DNA from: Burkholderiaceae bacterium
GTDB taxonomy: Bacteria; Pseudomonadota; Gammaproteobacteria; Burkholderiales; Burkholderiaceae_C
Reading direction: 5' to 3'
Length of the DNA stretch: 64,000 bases
Assembly (NCBI GenBank): GCA_022072045.1
Contig: JAJVIL010000010.1
Location: forward strand, 1,617-65,616
This document shows positions 1 through 9,725 of this stretch, piece by piece (position 1 is the stretch's first letter; every line of letters starts with the position of its first letter). Both the position numbers and the translations under genes were made by a program. A model generated the notes under the pieces. That model was not told where the DNA came from. It did no database searches and saw only the letters and a program-made list of their open reading frames with translations.

Positions 1-222
1 TACGTGAAGAACGGCATCACCGCGTGGATCCACAACTGGAAGGCGCGCGGCTGGCGCACCGCCGACAAGAAGCCGGTGAAGAACGTCGATCTGTGGCAGC
101 GCCTCGACGAGCTGGCTGCCGCGCACGACGTGCGTTGGCACTGGGTGCGCGGGCACGAGGGCGACCCGGGCAACGAACGCGCCGACGAGCTGGCGAACAA
201 GGGCGTGACGAGCGTTCGGTGA
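1..222 (+). CDS. rnhA: Ribonuclease HI, C-terminal part (5' end lies outside the window)
   Basis: The reading frame is open from base 1. The C-terminal RNase H signature is [22 protein letters not shown]. Confidence 0.85.
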   Translation, partial: YVKNGITAWIHNWKARGWRTADKKPVKNVDLWQRLDELAAAHDVRWHWVRGHEGDPGNERADELANKGVTSVR

Positions 223-252
223 TCGACGCAGCGACGCCGATCGGACCCGCGC

Positions 253-1368
253 TCAGCCGCCGATGTAGTGCATTTCGATGCGGCGTTCCTCGGGCTGCGT
301 CGCCGCGCCCTGAGCGCTGCGCAGATCCGAATAGCGATCGCTGCGGCGACCCCACAGCTCGCCCAGCACAGTCGCGATCTCGAGGTCGCTGCGGCCGCCA
401 CGCAGCAGCGCGCGCAAGTCGTGGCCGCGGGTAGCGAACAGGCACGTGAAGAGCTTGCCCTCGGTGGACAGGCGTGCCCGGTTGCAGTCGCGGCAAAAGG
501 CCTTGGTGACGCTGGAAATGAGGCCGATCTCGCCGCCACCGTCGCGGTAACGCCAGCGCTCGGCGGTCTCGCCGCGCGCGGTCGGCGCCAGCGGCTCCAG
601 CGCCCACTGGCTTTGAAGCCGTTCGAGCACCTGCGCCGAAGGCACCACCTGGTCCATGCGCCAACCGTTGCTCGACCCGACGTCCATGTACTCGATGAAG
701 CGCAGCACCATGCCGCTGCCGCGGAAGTGGCGCGCCATCGGGACGATCTCGTGGTCGTTGATGCCGCGCTGCACGACCATGTTCACCTTGATCGGTCCCA
801 GACCGACCTGTACCGCAGCGTCGATGCCGGCGAGCACGTCGGCGACCGGAAAGTCCATGTCGTTCATGCGGCGGAACACCGCATCGTCCAGCGCGTCCAG
901 GCTCACGGTCACGCGCGACAGGCCGGCTGCCCTCAGCGCCCGTGCCTTGCGCGCCAGCAGCGACCCGTTGGTGGTGAGGGTCAGCTCCAGCGGCTCGCCG
1001 TCGGCGCCGCGCACCTGCGCGAGCATCGCGACCAGCTCTTCGGCATCCTTGCGCAGCAGCGGTTCGCCGCCGGTGAGCCGTACCTTGCCCACACCGTGCG
1101 CGGCGAACACGCGCACCAGACGGGTGATCTCCTCGAAGCTGAGCAGCGAGCTGTGCGGCAAGAACTGATACTCGCGGTCGAACACCGACTTGGGCATGCA
1201 GTAGCCGCAGCGGAAATTGCAGCGGTCGGTCAGCGAGATGCGCAAGTCGTGCAGCGGTCGCCCGAGCTGGTCGCTCACCAGACCGGTCGGTTCCTGCAGC
1301 CGCTGCGGAATGGCTGGCACTGCAGCCGCGTAGCGCAGATCGGCCAACGGGATGACGGATTCGCCCAT
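253..1368 (-). CDS. moaA: GTP 3',8-cyclase MoaA (radical SAM, Moco biosynthesis)
   Basis: Radical-SAM motif [10 protein letters not shown], then GGEPLLRKD, and a C-terminal ...YIGG. I chose the ATG at 1368 (MGESVIPL); the 498-aa ORF extension to 1749 is Arg/Ala-rich and overlaps the upstream gene. Confidence 0.9.
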   Translation of the reverse strand: MGESVIPLADLRYAAAVPAIPQRLQEPTGLVSDQLGRPLHDLRISLTDRCNFRCGYCMPKSVFDREYQFLPHSSLLSFEEITRLVRVFAAHGVGKVRLTGGEPLLRKDAEELVAMLAQVRGADGEPLELTLTTNGSLLARKARALRAAGLSRVTVSLDALDDAVFRRMNDMDFPVADVLAGIDAAVQVGLGPIKVNMVVQRGINDHEIVPMARHFRGSGMVLRFIEYMDVGSSNGWRMDQVVPSAQVLERLQSQWALEPLAPTARGETAERWRYRDGGGEIGLISSVTKAFCRDCNRARLSTEGKLFTCLFATRGHDLRALLRGGRSDLEIATVLGELWGRRSDRYSDLRSAQGAATQPEERRIEMHYIGG

Positions 1369-1433
1369 CGGCCGATTGTGCCGGCTGTCGGCGGCCGTTG
1401 CGCGAGCGGGGCCACCGGCAGGCAGGCCTGAGG

Positions 1434-1976
1434 CTACGGACCGGTCGCTACCGACAAGGCCAAGGCGCGGCGAGCGCCGTCGTAGCGCCGCGCCCAGTAC
1501 GAGCCTGCCATGTTCTCGGTGCGGATCTGGGCACCCGTGCGCGGCGCGTGGATGAAGCGCCCACCGCCGACATAGATGCCGACGTGCGAGTGCGCGCGCC
1601 GCTGGGTGTTGAAGAAGACCAGGTCGCCTGGTTGCAGCGATTCGCGCATTACCGGCCGCAGCAAGGGTGTCTGCGCCTGCTCGCGTGCGGTGCGCGGCAG
1701 CTCGACGCCGAGCGTCTCGGCAAATACGTGACGGGTGAAGCCGCTGCAATCGAACCCGGTGCCCACGCTTTCACCGCCGGCGGTGTAGGGGCGATCGAGA
1801 TAAGTCAGCGCCGCGATCACCACCTCGCCCGCCGCCGGCGGCGCAGGCTGATCGACACCGATCGACGCGGCTGCGAACGCCGCATCGGGGGTGCGCGGAG
1901 CATGACTGGCGCACGCGACCATCAGTGCGCTGGCAGCAAGCGCCCCCAGGCCGAGGGGTCGAAGCCGGGATGGCAT
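1434..1976 (-). CDS. NlpC/P60 (C40) family peptidoglycan peptidase lipoprotein
   Basis: Signal peptide with lipobox LMVAC. Catalytic motifs are DCSGF and [18 protein letters not shown] start at 1976. Confidence 0.85.
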   Translation of the reverse strand: MPSRLRPLGLGALAASALMVACASHAPRTPDAAFAAASIGVDQPAPPAAGEVVIAALTYLDRPYTAGGESVGTGFDCSGFTRHVFAETLGVELPRTAREQAQTPLLRPVMRESLQPGDLVFFNTQRRAHSHVGIYVGGGRFIHAPRTGAQIRTENMAGSYWARRYDGARRALALSVATGP

Positions 1977-2179
1977 GGTCGCGAAAGATAGCGCCCGAGT
2001 CGACAGGTGTCAACGAAAAATATCAACCAGAACCAGCGGTTATCGCTGTGACTTAAAGTTCGATCTCAGGCCTGGATTTGCAACCGATTGGGGCCTGCGG
2101 ATCACCACCCTTGGACGGCATCGGACGCAGGCCGAGAATGCGCCGGGATCCCGTCGAACTCTGGGCCCGGAGAGACACC

Positions 2180-4072
2180 ATGGACTACCGCGATTTCCAC
2201 CGCCGCTCGATCGACGACCGCGACAACTTCTGGAGCGAGCAGGCGCGGCTGATCGATTGGGAGCGGCCGTTCGACCAAGTGCTCGACTACAGCCGCCCGC
2301 CGTTCGCGCGCTGGTTCGTCGGTGGACGCACGAACCTGTGCCACAACGCGGTAGACCGCCACCTGGGAGCGCGCGGCGGCCAGGCGGCCTTGATCTATGT
2401 GTCCACCGAGGCCGACCGCGAGCAGACCTACACCTTCGTCGAACTGCACGCCGAGGTGCAGCGCATGGCAGCGAGCCTGTTGGCGCTGGGCGTACAGCGC
2501 GGGGACCGCGTCCTGATCTACATGCCGATGGTGCCGGAGGCGGTGTTCGCGATGCTGGCGTGCGCCCGGATCGGTGCCATCCACTCGGTGGTGTTCGGCG
2601 GCTTCGCCAGCGTCAGCCTGGCCAGCCGCATCGACGACGCCACGCCGCGGGTGATCGTCAGCGCCGACGCCGGCAGCCGCAACGGCAAGGTGGTGCCGTA
2701 CAAGCCGTTGCTCGACGAGGCGATCCGTCTGGCGCGGCACAAGCCCGAGCGCGTGCTGATGATCGACCGCGGCCTCGCGCGATTCGACGCTCAGGCCGGC
2801 CGCGACGTCGACTACGCAGCACTGCGCGCGCAGCACCTCCAGACCGTGGTGCCATGCGTCTGGGTCGAGGCGACGCACCCGAGCTACACGCTGTACACCA
2901 GCGGCACCACCGGCAGGCCCAAGGGCGTGCAACGCGACACCGGCGGCCACGCGGTCGCACTGGCCGCGTCGATGAAGCACATCTTCTGCTGCAACGCGGG
3001 CGAGACCTATTTCTCCACCAGCGACATCGGCTGGGTGGTTGGCCACAGCTATATCGTCTACGGACCGCTGTTGGCGGGCATGGCCACCATCCTCTACGAA
3101 GGCCTCCCGGTGCGACCCGATGCCGGCATCTGGTGGCGGCTGGTGCAGCAGTACAAGGTCACCGCGATGTTCAGCGCGCCCACCGCGGTGCGCGTGCTGA
3201 AGAAGCACGACCCGGCCTACCTGAGGAAGTACGACCTCTCTTCGCTGCGCACGCTGTTCCTCGCCGGCGAGCCGCTCGACGAACCCACCGCGGTCTGGAT
3301 CTCCGAGAGCCTGCGCAAGCCGATCGTCGACAACTACTGGCAGACCGAGACCGGCTGGCCGATCCTCACGATCTGCAACGCCGTCGACCGCTCGGCGCCG
3401 AAGTTCGGTTCGCCGGGCAAGGCGGTCTACGGCTACGACGTCAAGCTGATCGACGAGAAGACCGGACAGGAACTGACGGGTGCCAATCAGAAGGGGGTGG
3501 TGGCGATCGAAGGGCCGCTGCCGCCTGGGTGCATGCAGACGGTATGGGGCGACGACGAGCGCTTCGTCAAGACCTACTGGAGCACGCTGCCGGGCAGACA
3601 GATCTACAGCACGTTCGACTGGGGAATCCGCGACGACGACGGCTACTACTTCATCCTCGGCCGCACCGACGACGTGATCAACGTCGCCGGGCACCGCCTC
3701 GGCACGCGCGAGATCGAGGAGAGCATCTCCAGCCATCCCGACGTCGCCGAGGTCGCCGTGGTCGGCGTCGCCGACGCACTCAAGGGTCAGGTGGCGATGG
3801 GCTTCGCGGTGCTGAAGGATCCGGCGCGCGCCGCCACGCCCGAGGCCGCGCTGCGGCTCGAAGGCGAGATCATGAAGCGGGTCGACGAGCAGCTCGGCGC
3901 GGTGGCGCGCCCGTCGCGGGTGCATTTCGTCAGCGTGCTGCCGAAGACGCGCTCGGGCAAGCTGCTGCGGCGGGCGATTCAGGCCGTGTGCGAACGCCGG
4001 GATCCCGGCGACCTCACCACCATCGAAGACCCGGCGGCGCTGCAGCAGATCAAGGATCTGGTGGCTTCCTAG
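2180..4072 (+). CDS. prpE: Propionate--CoA ligase-like acyl-CoA synthetase (AMP-forming)
   Basis: The N-terminus MDYRDFHRRSIDDRDNFWSEQARLIDWERPF..SRPPFARWFVGGRTNLCHNAVDRH and the segment GAIHSVVFGGFAS closely follow the E. coli PrpE pattern. AMP-binding motif YTSGTTGRPKG. ATG at 2180 is preferred over the upstream extension. Confidence 0.8.
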   Translation: MDYRDFHRRSIDDRDNFWSEQARLIDWERPFDQVLDYSRPPFARWFVGGRTNLCHNAVDRHLGARGGQAALIYVSTEADREQTYTFVELHAEVQRMAASLLALGVQRGDRVLIYMPMVPEAVFAMLACARIGAIHSVVFGGFASVSLASRIDDATPRVIVSADAGSRNGKVVPYKPLLDEAIRLARHKPERVLMIDRGLARFDAQAGRDVDYAALRAQHLQTVVPCVWVEATHPSYTLYTSGTTGRPKGVQRDTGGHAVALAASMKHIFCCNAGETYFSTSDIGWVVGHSYIVYGPLLAGMATILYEGLPVRPDAGIWWRLVQQYKVTAMFSAPTAVRVLKKHDPAYLRKYDLSSLRTLFLAGEPLDEPTAVWISESLRKPIVDNYWQTETGWPILTICNAVDRSAPKFGSPGKAVYGYDVKLIDEKTGQELTGANQKGVVAIEGPLPPGCMQTVWGDDERFVKTYWSTLPGRQIYSTFDWGIRDDDGYYFILGRTDDVINVAGHRLGTREIEESISSHPDVAEVAVVGVADALKGQVAMGFAVLKDPARAATPEAALRLEGEIMKRVDEQLGAVARPSRVHFVSVLPKTRSGKLLRRAIQAVCERRDPGDLTTIEDPAALQQIKDLVAS

Positions 4073-4132
4073 CCGCGGCGGCGGCTCGCGTGGTCGAGCC
4101 GTCGACAGGCAGCCAGCGCGTGACGCGCGCCG

Positions 4133-5770
4133 CTACAGCACGTCGGACGCGTAGTCGGCCAGCCGCGAGCGCTCGCCGCGGGCCAGTGTCACGTGGCCCG
4201 AGTGCGGCCAGCCCTTGAAGCGATCGACCGCGAAGGTGAGCCCCGAGCTGCCCTCGCTGAGGTACGGGGTGTCGATCTGCGCCAGGTTGCCCAGACACAC
4301 GATCTTGGTGCCGGGGCCGGCGCGCGTGATCAGCGTCTTCATCTGCTTGGGCGTCAGGTTCTGTGCCTCGTCGATGAGAACGTACTTGCTGAGGAAGGTG
4401 CGCCCGCGCATGAAGTTGAGGCTCTTGATGCGGATCTTGCTGCGCACCAGATCCTGCGTCGCCGCGCGGCCCCATTCGCCGGCACTGCCGTCGCCGCGAG
4501 CCAGCACCTCGAGGTTGTCGTCGAGCGCGCCCATCCACGGGCCCATCTTTTCCTCTTCGGTGCCGGGCAGGAAGCCGATGTCCTCGCCCAGCGGCACCGT
4601 GACGCGAGTGACGATGATCTCGCTGTAGCGCCGGTCGTCGAGCACCTGGCTCAGGCCCGAGGCCAGCGTCATCAGCGTCTTGCCGGTGCCGGCTGTGCCC
4701 GTCAGCGTGATGAAGTCGACCTCGGGGTCCATCAGCAGGTTGAGCGCGAAGTTCTGCTCGCGGTTGCGTGCGGTCACCCCCCACACCGCGTTCTTGGCGT
4801 GGGTGTAGTCCTTCAACGTCTTCAGCACCGCGGTCTTGCCGGTGATCTCGGTGACGCGTGCATACAACGGCGCGGCGCCGGGCGACTCGAGGAAGACGAA
4901 CTGGTTGATCATCAGCGCCGGCACCAGCGGCCCGGCGATGCGGTAGTAGGTGTGGCCGCCCTGGCTCCAGCTTTCCATGGTCTTGCCATGGCGCTCCCAG
5001 AAGTCGGCCGGCAGCGGCAGCAGACCGGTGTACAGCAGGTCGCCGTCGTCGAGGGTCTTGTCGTTCTGGTAGTCCTCGGCTGGCAGACCCAGTGCGCGTG
5101 CCTTGACGCGCATGTTGATGTCCTTGGACACCAGCACCACGTCGCGTCCCGGATGCTGTTCGCGCAACGCCTTGACGACGCCGAGAATCTGGTTGTCGGC
5201 CTTGCCCTGCGGCAGACCGTCGGGCAGCTTGATTTCGTGCAGCGTCTCCTGGAAGTACAGCCGCCCCATGGCTTCGCGCTTGCCGGTCTTGGAAAGCGCA
5301 ATGCCGTTCTTCGGGTCGAGGTCGCTGCCCGAAACCAGCGTGTCGAGTTCGCGACTCGCCTGCCGGGCGTTGCGCGCCACTTCGCTCATGCCGCGCTTGT
5401 GACTGTCGAGTTCCTCCAACGTGATCATCGGCAGGAAGATGTCGTGTTCCTCGAAGCGAAACAGACACAGCGGGTCGTGCATCAGCACGTTGGTGTCGAG
5501 CACGAACAACCGCTTCGGGCCCGCTGGCCGGGTGGCCTTCGGCGTGCGCGCGATCGCGGGCTTCTCGCCCTGCGGCGGCGCGTCGAGGCGCGGTGCGGCA
5601 GCGAAGGCGGCGGCATTGGTCAACGCCAGCGGCTCCTTGCCGGCGTCGTGGGGTGATTGCAACGAACGTTTGGCGGTGCGCGCAGCGGCCTGGGCTTCGT
5701 AGTCGGTGGCGGACAACAGGGTGGCTTTGGAGGCAGGCGGCTTGGGTAGTGGCATGGGGCGGTACGGCAC
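4133..5770 (-). CDS. PhoH2-type protein: N-terminal PIN domain fused to a PhoH ATPase
   Basis: PIN start LFVLDTNVLMHDP. Walker A GTAGTGKT and the PhoH motif IDEAQNLTP. An N-terminal tract of about 85 aa is low-complexity. Start is GTG 5770 or ATG 5755. Confidence 0.85.
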   Translation of the reverse strand: MPYRPMPLPKPPASKATLLSATDYEAQAAARTAKRSLQSPHDAGKEPLALTNAAAFAAAPRLDAPPQGEKPAIARTPKATRPAGPKRLFVLDTNVLMHDPLCLFRFEEHDIFLPMITLEELDSHKRGMSEVARNARQASRELDTLVSGSDLDPKNGIALSKTGKREAMGRLYFQETLHEIKLPDGLPQGKADNQILGVVKALREQHPGRDVVLVSKDINMRVKARALGLPAEDYQNDKTLDDGDLLYTGLLPLPADFWERHGKTMESWSQGGHTYYRIAGPLVPALMINQFVFLESPGAAPLYARVTEITGKTAVLKTLKDYTHAKNAVWGVTARNREQNFALNLLMDPEVDFITLTGTAGTGKTLMTLASGLSQVLDDRRYSEIIVTRVTVPLGEDIGFLPGTEEEKMGPWMGALDDNLEVLARGDGSAGEWGRAATQDLVRSKIRIKSLNFMRGRTFLSKYVLIDEAQNLTPKQMKTLITRAGPGTKIVCLGNLAQIDTPYLSEGSSGLTFAVDRFKGWPHSGHVTLARGERSRLADYASDVL

Positions 5771-5775
5771 GGTCC

Positions 5776-5807
5776 AAACAAAAAAGCCGCACAGTCGTCT
5801 GTGCGGC
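5776..5807 (-). terminator. Rho-independent terminator downstream of bcp
   Basis: Stem GCCGCACAG (5786-5794) pairs with CTGTGCGGC (5799-5807) around a 4-nt loop. On the minus strand it is followed by TTTTTTGTTT. Confidence 0.75.
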
Positions 5808-5881
5808 CTTCGCTAACGGGTGAAGCGCGATTCGCGACTCACGGGCATATGGGCATTATGCGCCACGCCCGTGGCGGCATC

Positions 5882-6358
5882 TCAAGCGGCCTTCTTCAAA
5901 TCCTTCACGGCCTTGAGCACCTCGTCGACGTGACCGGCCACCTTGATGCCGCGCCACTCGGCCCGCAGCACGCCGGTGGCGTCGATCAAGAAGGTGCTGC
6001 GCTCGATGCCCTTGACCTTCTTGCCGTACATGATCTTGTTCTTAACCACGCCGAACATGTGGCACAGCTTCTCTTCGGTGTCGGCGATCAGGTCGAACGG
6101 CAACTCGAGGTTGCGGCGGAACTTGTCGTGCGAGACCATGTTGTCGCGCGATACGCCGAACACCACGGCGCCCGCCTTCACGAAATCCTTGTGGCGGTCG
6201 CGAAACTGGATCGCCTCGGTGGTGCAGCCCGGCGTGTGATCCTTCGGATAGAAGTACAGCACCACCACCTTGCCGAGGAACGCCTGGGGGGTGAACTTCA
6301 CCCCATTGGTCGCGGCAGCTTCGAACTCGGGCAGGGGTTTGTTCAGAACAGGCGTCAT
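5882..6358 (-). CDS. bcp: Thiol peroxidase / peroxiredoxin Bcp
   Basis: Motif VVLYFYPKDHTPGCTTEA (peroxidatic Cys). ATG at 6358 (MTPVLNKPLPEF). Confidence 0.9.
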   Translation of the reverse strand: MTPVLNKPLPEFEAAATNGVKFTPQAFLGKVVVLYFYPKDHTPGCTTEAIQFRDRHKDFVKAGAVVFGVSRDNMVSHDKFRRNLELPFDLIADTEEKLCHMFGVVKNKIMYGKKVKGIERSTFLIDATGVLRAEWRGIKVAGHVDEVLKAVKDLKKAA

Positions 6359-6397
6359 GGGGTTCGTTGCGGGCCGCCCCAGAGGGCACAATCGGCA

Positions 6398-6403
6398 ATT
6401 ATA
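6398..6403 (-). promoter_or_regulatory. Candidate -10 box (TATAAT) for bcp
   Basis: A perfect TATAAT on the minus strand lies 40 nt upstream of the bcp ATG, in otherwise GC-rich DNA. It sits in the loop of a long imperfect inverted repeat (GCCCCAGAGGGCAC .. GTGCCCCTGGGGC). No good -35 element is present. Confidence 0.35.
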
Positions 6404-6474
6404 AAGTTCCGCCGCCGGTGCCCCTGGGGCGGGGCCTTGGCCGGCGCCGCAGCGCCCGCGCCGAACCGCGGCGA

Positions 6475-6852
6475 TCAGGGCGCACCGAGCAGCAGCGCCG
6501 CGACCACGTTGCGGCCTTCGGTGGCCAGCACGTTGAAGGTTCTGCAGGCAGCCGCGGTGTCCATGGTTTCGACGCCGACCCGCCGTTCGATCAACATGCG
6601 CAGCAGTGCCGGCCGCGGAAAGCGCAACCGCTCGCCGCTGCCGAAGATGACCAGTTCCGTCCCGTGCAGCAGCAATTCGTCGAAGTGCGCCTGCTGCAGT
6701 TCATCGAAGCCTGCAGGCGCCCAAGGGCGCACGCCGCCGCTCCACGGCACGACGACGCTGCCTTCGTAGACCTGCGCCCCGACCCACACGCAGCGCCCGT
6801 CGTGACGCGCGATGGTGTTCACGCCGGGCAGGAAATCGGGTTGGAACTTCAT
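6475..6852 (-). CDS. Mth938-like (DUF498) domain protein
   Basis: A 125-aa ORF with an ATG start and the length and pattern typical of the Mth938/NDUFAF3-like family (..VVVPWSG.. ELVIFGSGERLRFP). Confidence 0.6.
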   Translation of the reverse strand: MKFQPDFLPGVNTIARHDGRCVWVGAQVYEGSVVVPWSGGVRPWAPAGFDELQQAHFDELLLHGTELVIFGSGERLRFPRPALLRMLIERRVGVETMDTAAACRTFNVLATEGRNVVAALLLGAP

Positions 6853-6989
6853 GTTGCGCGTTGGCCCGCCGGGCTGGCGTGCGACTTCACCGCTCGTCGT
6901 GCCGGATCGAGGAAGTCGCTATGGTTAAATTCTACGTGGCGGCAGTGCAGCAATCGGATCTGCCTCGCACAACCCAGGAGCCCGCGTCG

Positions 6990-8216
6990 GTGAAGCCGAT
7001 CGCCAAGTCCAGCAAGCTCGCCGACGTCGGCTACGACATCCGTGGTCCGGTGCTCGAGAAGGCCCGCCAGATGCAGGAGGAGGGCCACAAGATCATCCAG
7101 CTCAACATCGGCAACCTGGCGGTGTTCGGCTTCGACCCTCCCGACGAGATCGTGCAGGACATGATCCGCAACCTCCCGGCGAGCGCGGGCTACACCGACA
7201 GCAAGGGGCTGTTCGCGCCGCGCAAGGCGGTGATGCACTACACGCAGGAAAAGCACATCGCGGGCGTCGCGGTGGACGATGTCTACCTGGGCAACGGCGC
7301 CTCCGAGCTGATCGCGCTGAGCCTCAACGCACTGCTCGACGCGGGCGACGAGATCCTGGTGCCGGCGCCCGACTATCCGCTGTGGACCGCCGCGGTGTCG
7401 CTGTCGGGCGGCACGCCGGTGCACTACCTGTGCGACGAGCAAGCAGACTGGCTGCCCGACCTGGCCGACCTGCGCCGCAAGATCACGCCGGCCACGCGCG
7501 GCATCGTGGTGATCAACCCGAACAACCCGACCGGCGCGCTGTACCCGCCCGACCTGCTGAAGGAGATCGTCGAGATCGCCCGACGGCACCACCTGATCGT
7601 GTTCGCCGACGAGATCTACGACAAGACGCTGTACGACGGCCACGCGCACACCAGCATCGCGTCGCTGGCCGACGACGTGCTGTTCGTCACCTTCAACGGG
7701 CTGTCGAAGAACTACCGCGCCTGCGGCTATCGCGCCGGCTGGATGGTGGTATCGGGCGACAAGCGGCATGCCAGGGACTACATCGAAGGCCTGAACATGC
7801 TGTCGTCGATGAGGCTGTGCGCCAACACGCCGGGGCAACTCGCGATCCAGACCGCGCTCGGCGGCTACCAGAGCATCAGGGACTTGGTGGCGCCCGGCGG
7901 CCGCCTGACGAAGCAGCGTGACCTGGCGTACCAACTGCTGACGTCGATCCCCGGCGTCAGCGTCGTCAGGCCGAAGGCGGCGCTGTACATGTTCCCGCGG
8001 CTCGACGCGAAGGTCTACCCGATCGCCGACGACCAGCAGTTCGCCTACGAGTTGCTGGCCGAGGAAAAGGTGCTGATCGTGCAGGGAACCGGCTTCAACT
8101 GGCCGCGGCCCGATCACTTCCGCCTCGTGTTCCTGCCCAATGCCGACGATCTCACCGACGCGATCGGCCGCATCGAGCGCTTCCTGCATCACTACCGTCA
8201 GCGACACAGCAAATGA
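6990..8216 (+). CDS. alaA: Alanine transaminase (PLP-dependent aminotransferase class I)
   Basis: Collinear with E. coli AlaA/YfbQ: KSSKLADVGYDIRGPV, LVPAPDYPLWTAAVSLSGG, FNGLSKNYRACGYRAGW, SMRLCANTPGQ. The GTG at 6990 follows AGGAG at 10 nt and gives an AlaA-like N-terminus. ATG 6921 is an alternative start. Confidence 0.9.
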   Translation: MKPIAKSSKLADVGYDIRGPVLEKARQMQEEGHKIIQLNIGNLAVFGFDPPDEIVQDMIRNLPASAGYTDSKGLFAPRKAVMHYTQEKHIAGVAVDDVYLGNGASELIALSLNALLDAGDEILVPAPDYPLWTAAVSLSGGTPVHYLCDEQADWLPDLADLRRKITPATRGIVVINPNNPTGALYPPDLLKEIVEIARRHHLIVFADEIYDKTLYDGHAHTSIASLADDVLFVTFNGLSKNYRACGYRAGWMVVSGDKRHARDYIEGLNMLSSMRLCANTPGQLAIQTALGGYQSIRDLVAPGGRLTKQRDLAYQLLTSIPGVSVVRPKAALYMFPRLDAKVYPIADDQQFAYELLAEEKVLIVQGTGFNWPRPDHFRLVFLPNADDLTDAIGRIERFLHHYRQRHSK

Positions 8217-9556
8217 AGACTCGAAGCGTTGCGCCGCAGAATCAAGCCAAACCCATCCAGGTCGGGCTGCTGGGCATCGGCATTGTCGGCAGCGGCACGT
8301 TCAAGGTGCTGCAGCGCAACCAGGAGGAGATCCGGCGCCGCGCCGGCCGCGCGATCCGCATCGCGGCGGTCGCCGACCTCGACCAGGCGCGCGCGCGCGG
8401 CATCGTCGGCGACGCCGCGCCCGTGGTCGACGACGCGCGGCGCGTGATCGCCGACCCCGCGATCGACATCGTGGTCGAGTTGATCGGCGGCACGACGGCC
8501 GCCAGAGCGCTCGTGCTCGAAGCGATCGAACAGGGCAAGCACGTCGTCACGGCCAACAAGGCGCTGCTGGCGGTGCACGGCAACGAGATCTTCGCCGCCG
8601 CGCACGCCAAGGGCGTGATGGTCGGCTTCGAGGCGGCGGTGGCCGGCGGCATCCCGATCATCAAGGCGCTGCGCGAAGGGCTCACCGCCAACCGCATCGA
8701 ATGGGCCGCCGGCATCGTCAACGGCACGACCAATTTCATCCTCAGCGAGATGCGCGACAAAGGCCTCGACTTCGGCAGTGTGCTGAAAGAGGCGCAGCGC
8801 CTGGGCTACGCCGAGGCCGACCCGACGTTCGACATCGAGGGCATCGACGCCGCGCACAAGGCGACGATCATGTGCGCGATCGCTTTCGGTGTACCGATGC
8901 AGTTCGACAAGGCGCACGTCGAAGGCATCACGGCGCTCTCGGCCACCGACATCCGCTACGCCGAGCAACTGGGCTATCGCATCAAGCTGATCGCGATGGC
9001 AAGGCGCAGCGAGCAGGGCATCGAGTTGCGCGTGCACCCGACGCTGATCCCTGCGCGGCGGCTGATCGCCAACGTCGAAGGCGCCATGAACGCCGTGGTG
9101 GTGCAGGGCGACGCTGTCGGCACCACGCTGTACTACGGCAAGGGCGCCGGCGCCGAGCCCACCGCGTCGGCGGTGGTGGCCGACCTCGTGGACATCACGC
9201 GGCTGCACACCGCCGATCCGGATCACCGCGTGCCGCACCTGGCGTTTCAGCCCGATGCGCTGGCGACGACGCCGATTCTTCCAATGGACGAGGTGGTCAC
9301 CGCGTACTACCTGCGCCTGCGCGTGGCCGACCAGACGGGCGTGCTCAGCCGCATCACGACCATTCTGGCCGAGCACGACATTTCGATCGACGCCGTGCTG
9401 CAGCGCGAGTCGGCGGAGGGCGAACGCCAGACCGACCTCATCATCCTGACGCACGACACCCGCGAGGGCCGCATGAATCAGGCGATCGTCAAGATGCAGG
9501 CGCTGTCCACCGTGCTCGCACCGATCGTGCGCATCCGCAAGGAAGAGTTGAACTGA
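8213..9556 (+). CDS. hom: Homoserine dehydrogenase
   Basis: N-terminal NAD-binding motif GLLGIGIVGSG, the motif GIVNGTTNFILSEM, and a C-terminal ACT-like domain. The ATG overlaps the alaA stop (ATGA). Confidence 0.9.
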   Translation: MKTRSVAPQNQAKPIQVGLLGIGIVGSGTFKVLQRNQEEIRRRAGRAIRIAAVADLDQARARGIVGDAAPVVDDARRVIADPAIDIVVELIGGTTAARALVLEAIEQGKHVVTANKALLAVHGNEIFAAAHAKGVMVGFEAAVAGGIPIIKALREGLTANRIEWAAGIVNGTTNFILSEMRDKGLDFGSVLKEAQRLGYAEADPTFDIEGIDAAHKATIMCAIAFGVPMQFDKAHVEGITALSATDIRYAEQLGYRIKLIAMARRSEQGIELRVHPTLIPARRLIANVEGAMNAVVVQGDAVGTTLYYGKGAGAEPTASAVVADLVDITRLHTADPDHRVPHLAFQPDALATTPILPMDEVVTAYYLRLRVADQTGVLSRITTILAEHDISIDAVLQRESAEGERQTDLIILTHDTREGRMNQAIVKMQALSTVLAPIVRIRKEELN

Positions 9557-9590
9557 TGCGCCCCCACGCCAGCGGCTCCGCCGCGCTGCT

Positions 9591-9693
9591 GCCCCCCGAG
9601 GGGGCCGAGTGCCGCGGCTCCACGCCGGCCGGCGCCGGCGTGGACGGCATGAGGGGGCGTTGCGTCTCGCAACGCCGCGGCCTGCAAGGCCGC
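9591..9693. repeat. Cluster of four GC-rich hairpins (REP-like element) in the hom-thrC spacer
   Basis: Four stem pairs: GCCCCC/GGGGGC (9591-9606), CCACGCCGG/CCGGCGTGG (9620-9643), GCGTTGCG/CGCAACGC (9657-9675), GCGGCC/GGCCGC (9677-9693). Confidence 0.5.
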
Positions 9694-9725
9694 GCCGCCC
9701 TTGGGGCAGCCCGGCGAGCGGCGCG

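Noticed and set aside
1369-1433. A possible Moco riboswitch upstream of moaA.
   Set aside because: Only 65 nt separate moaA from the upstream NlpC/P60 gene. That is much shorter than the Moco RNA motif, and I could not trace its conserved helices.
2180-4072. prpE as a marker of a methylcitrate (prpBCD) operon.
   Set aside because: No prpB, prpC, prpD or prpR is present in the window. The gene is flanked by unrelated genes, so only the enzyme family call is retained.
9557-9725. A CRISPR-like or coding interpretation of the hom-thrC spacer (ORF MRPHASGSAALLPPEGAECRGS...).
   Set aside because: The hairpins differ from one another and are not regularly spaced repeats with spacers. The ORF is low-complexity and has no RBS. 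I treat the region as a REP-like structured element.
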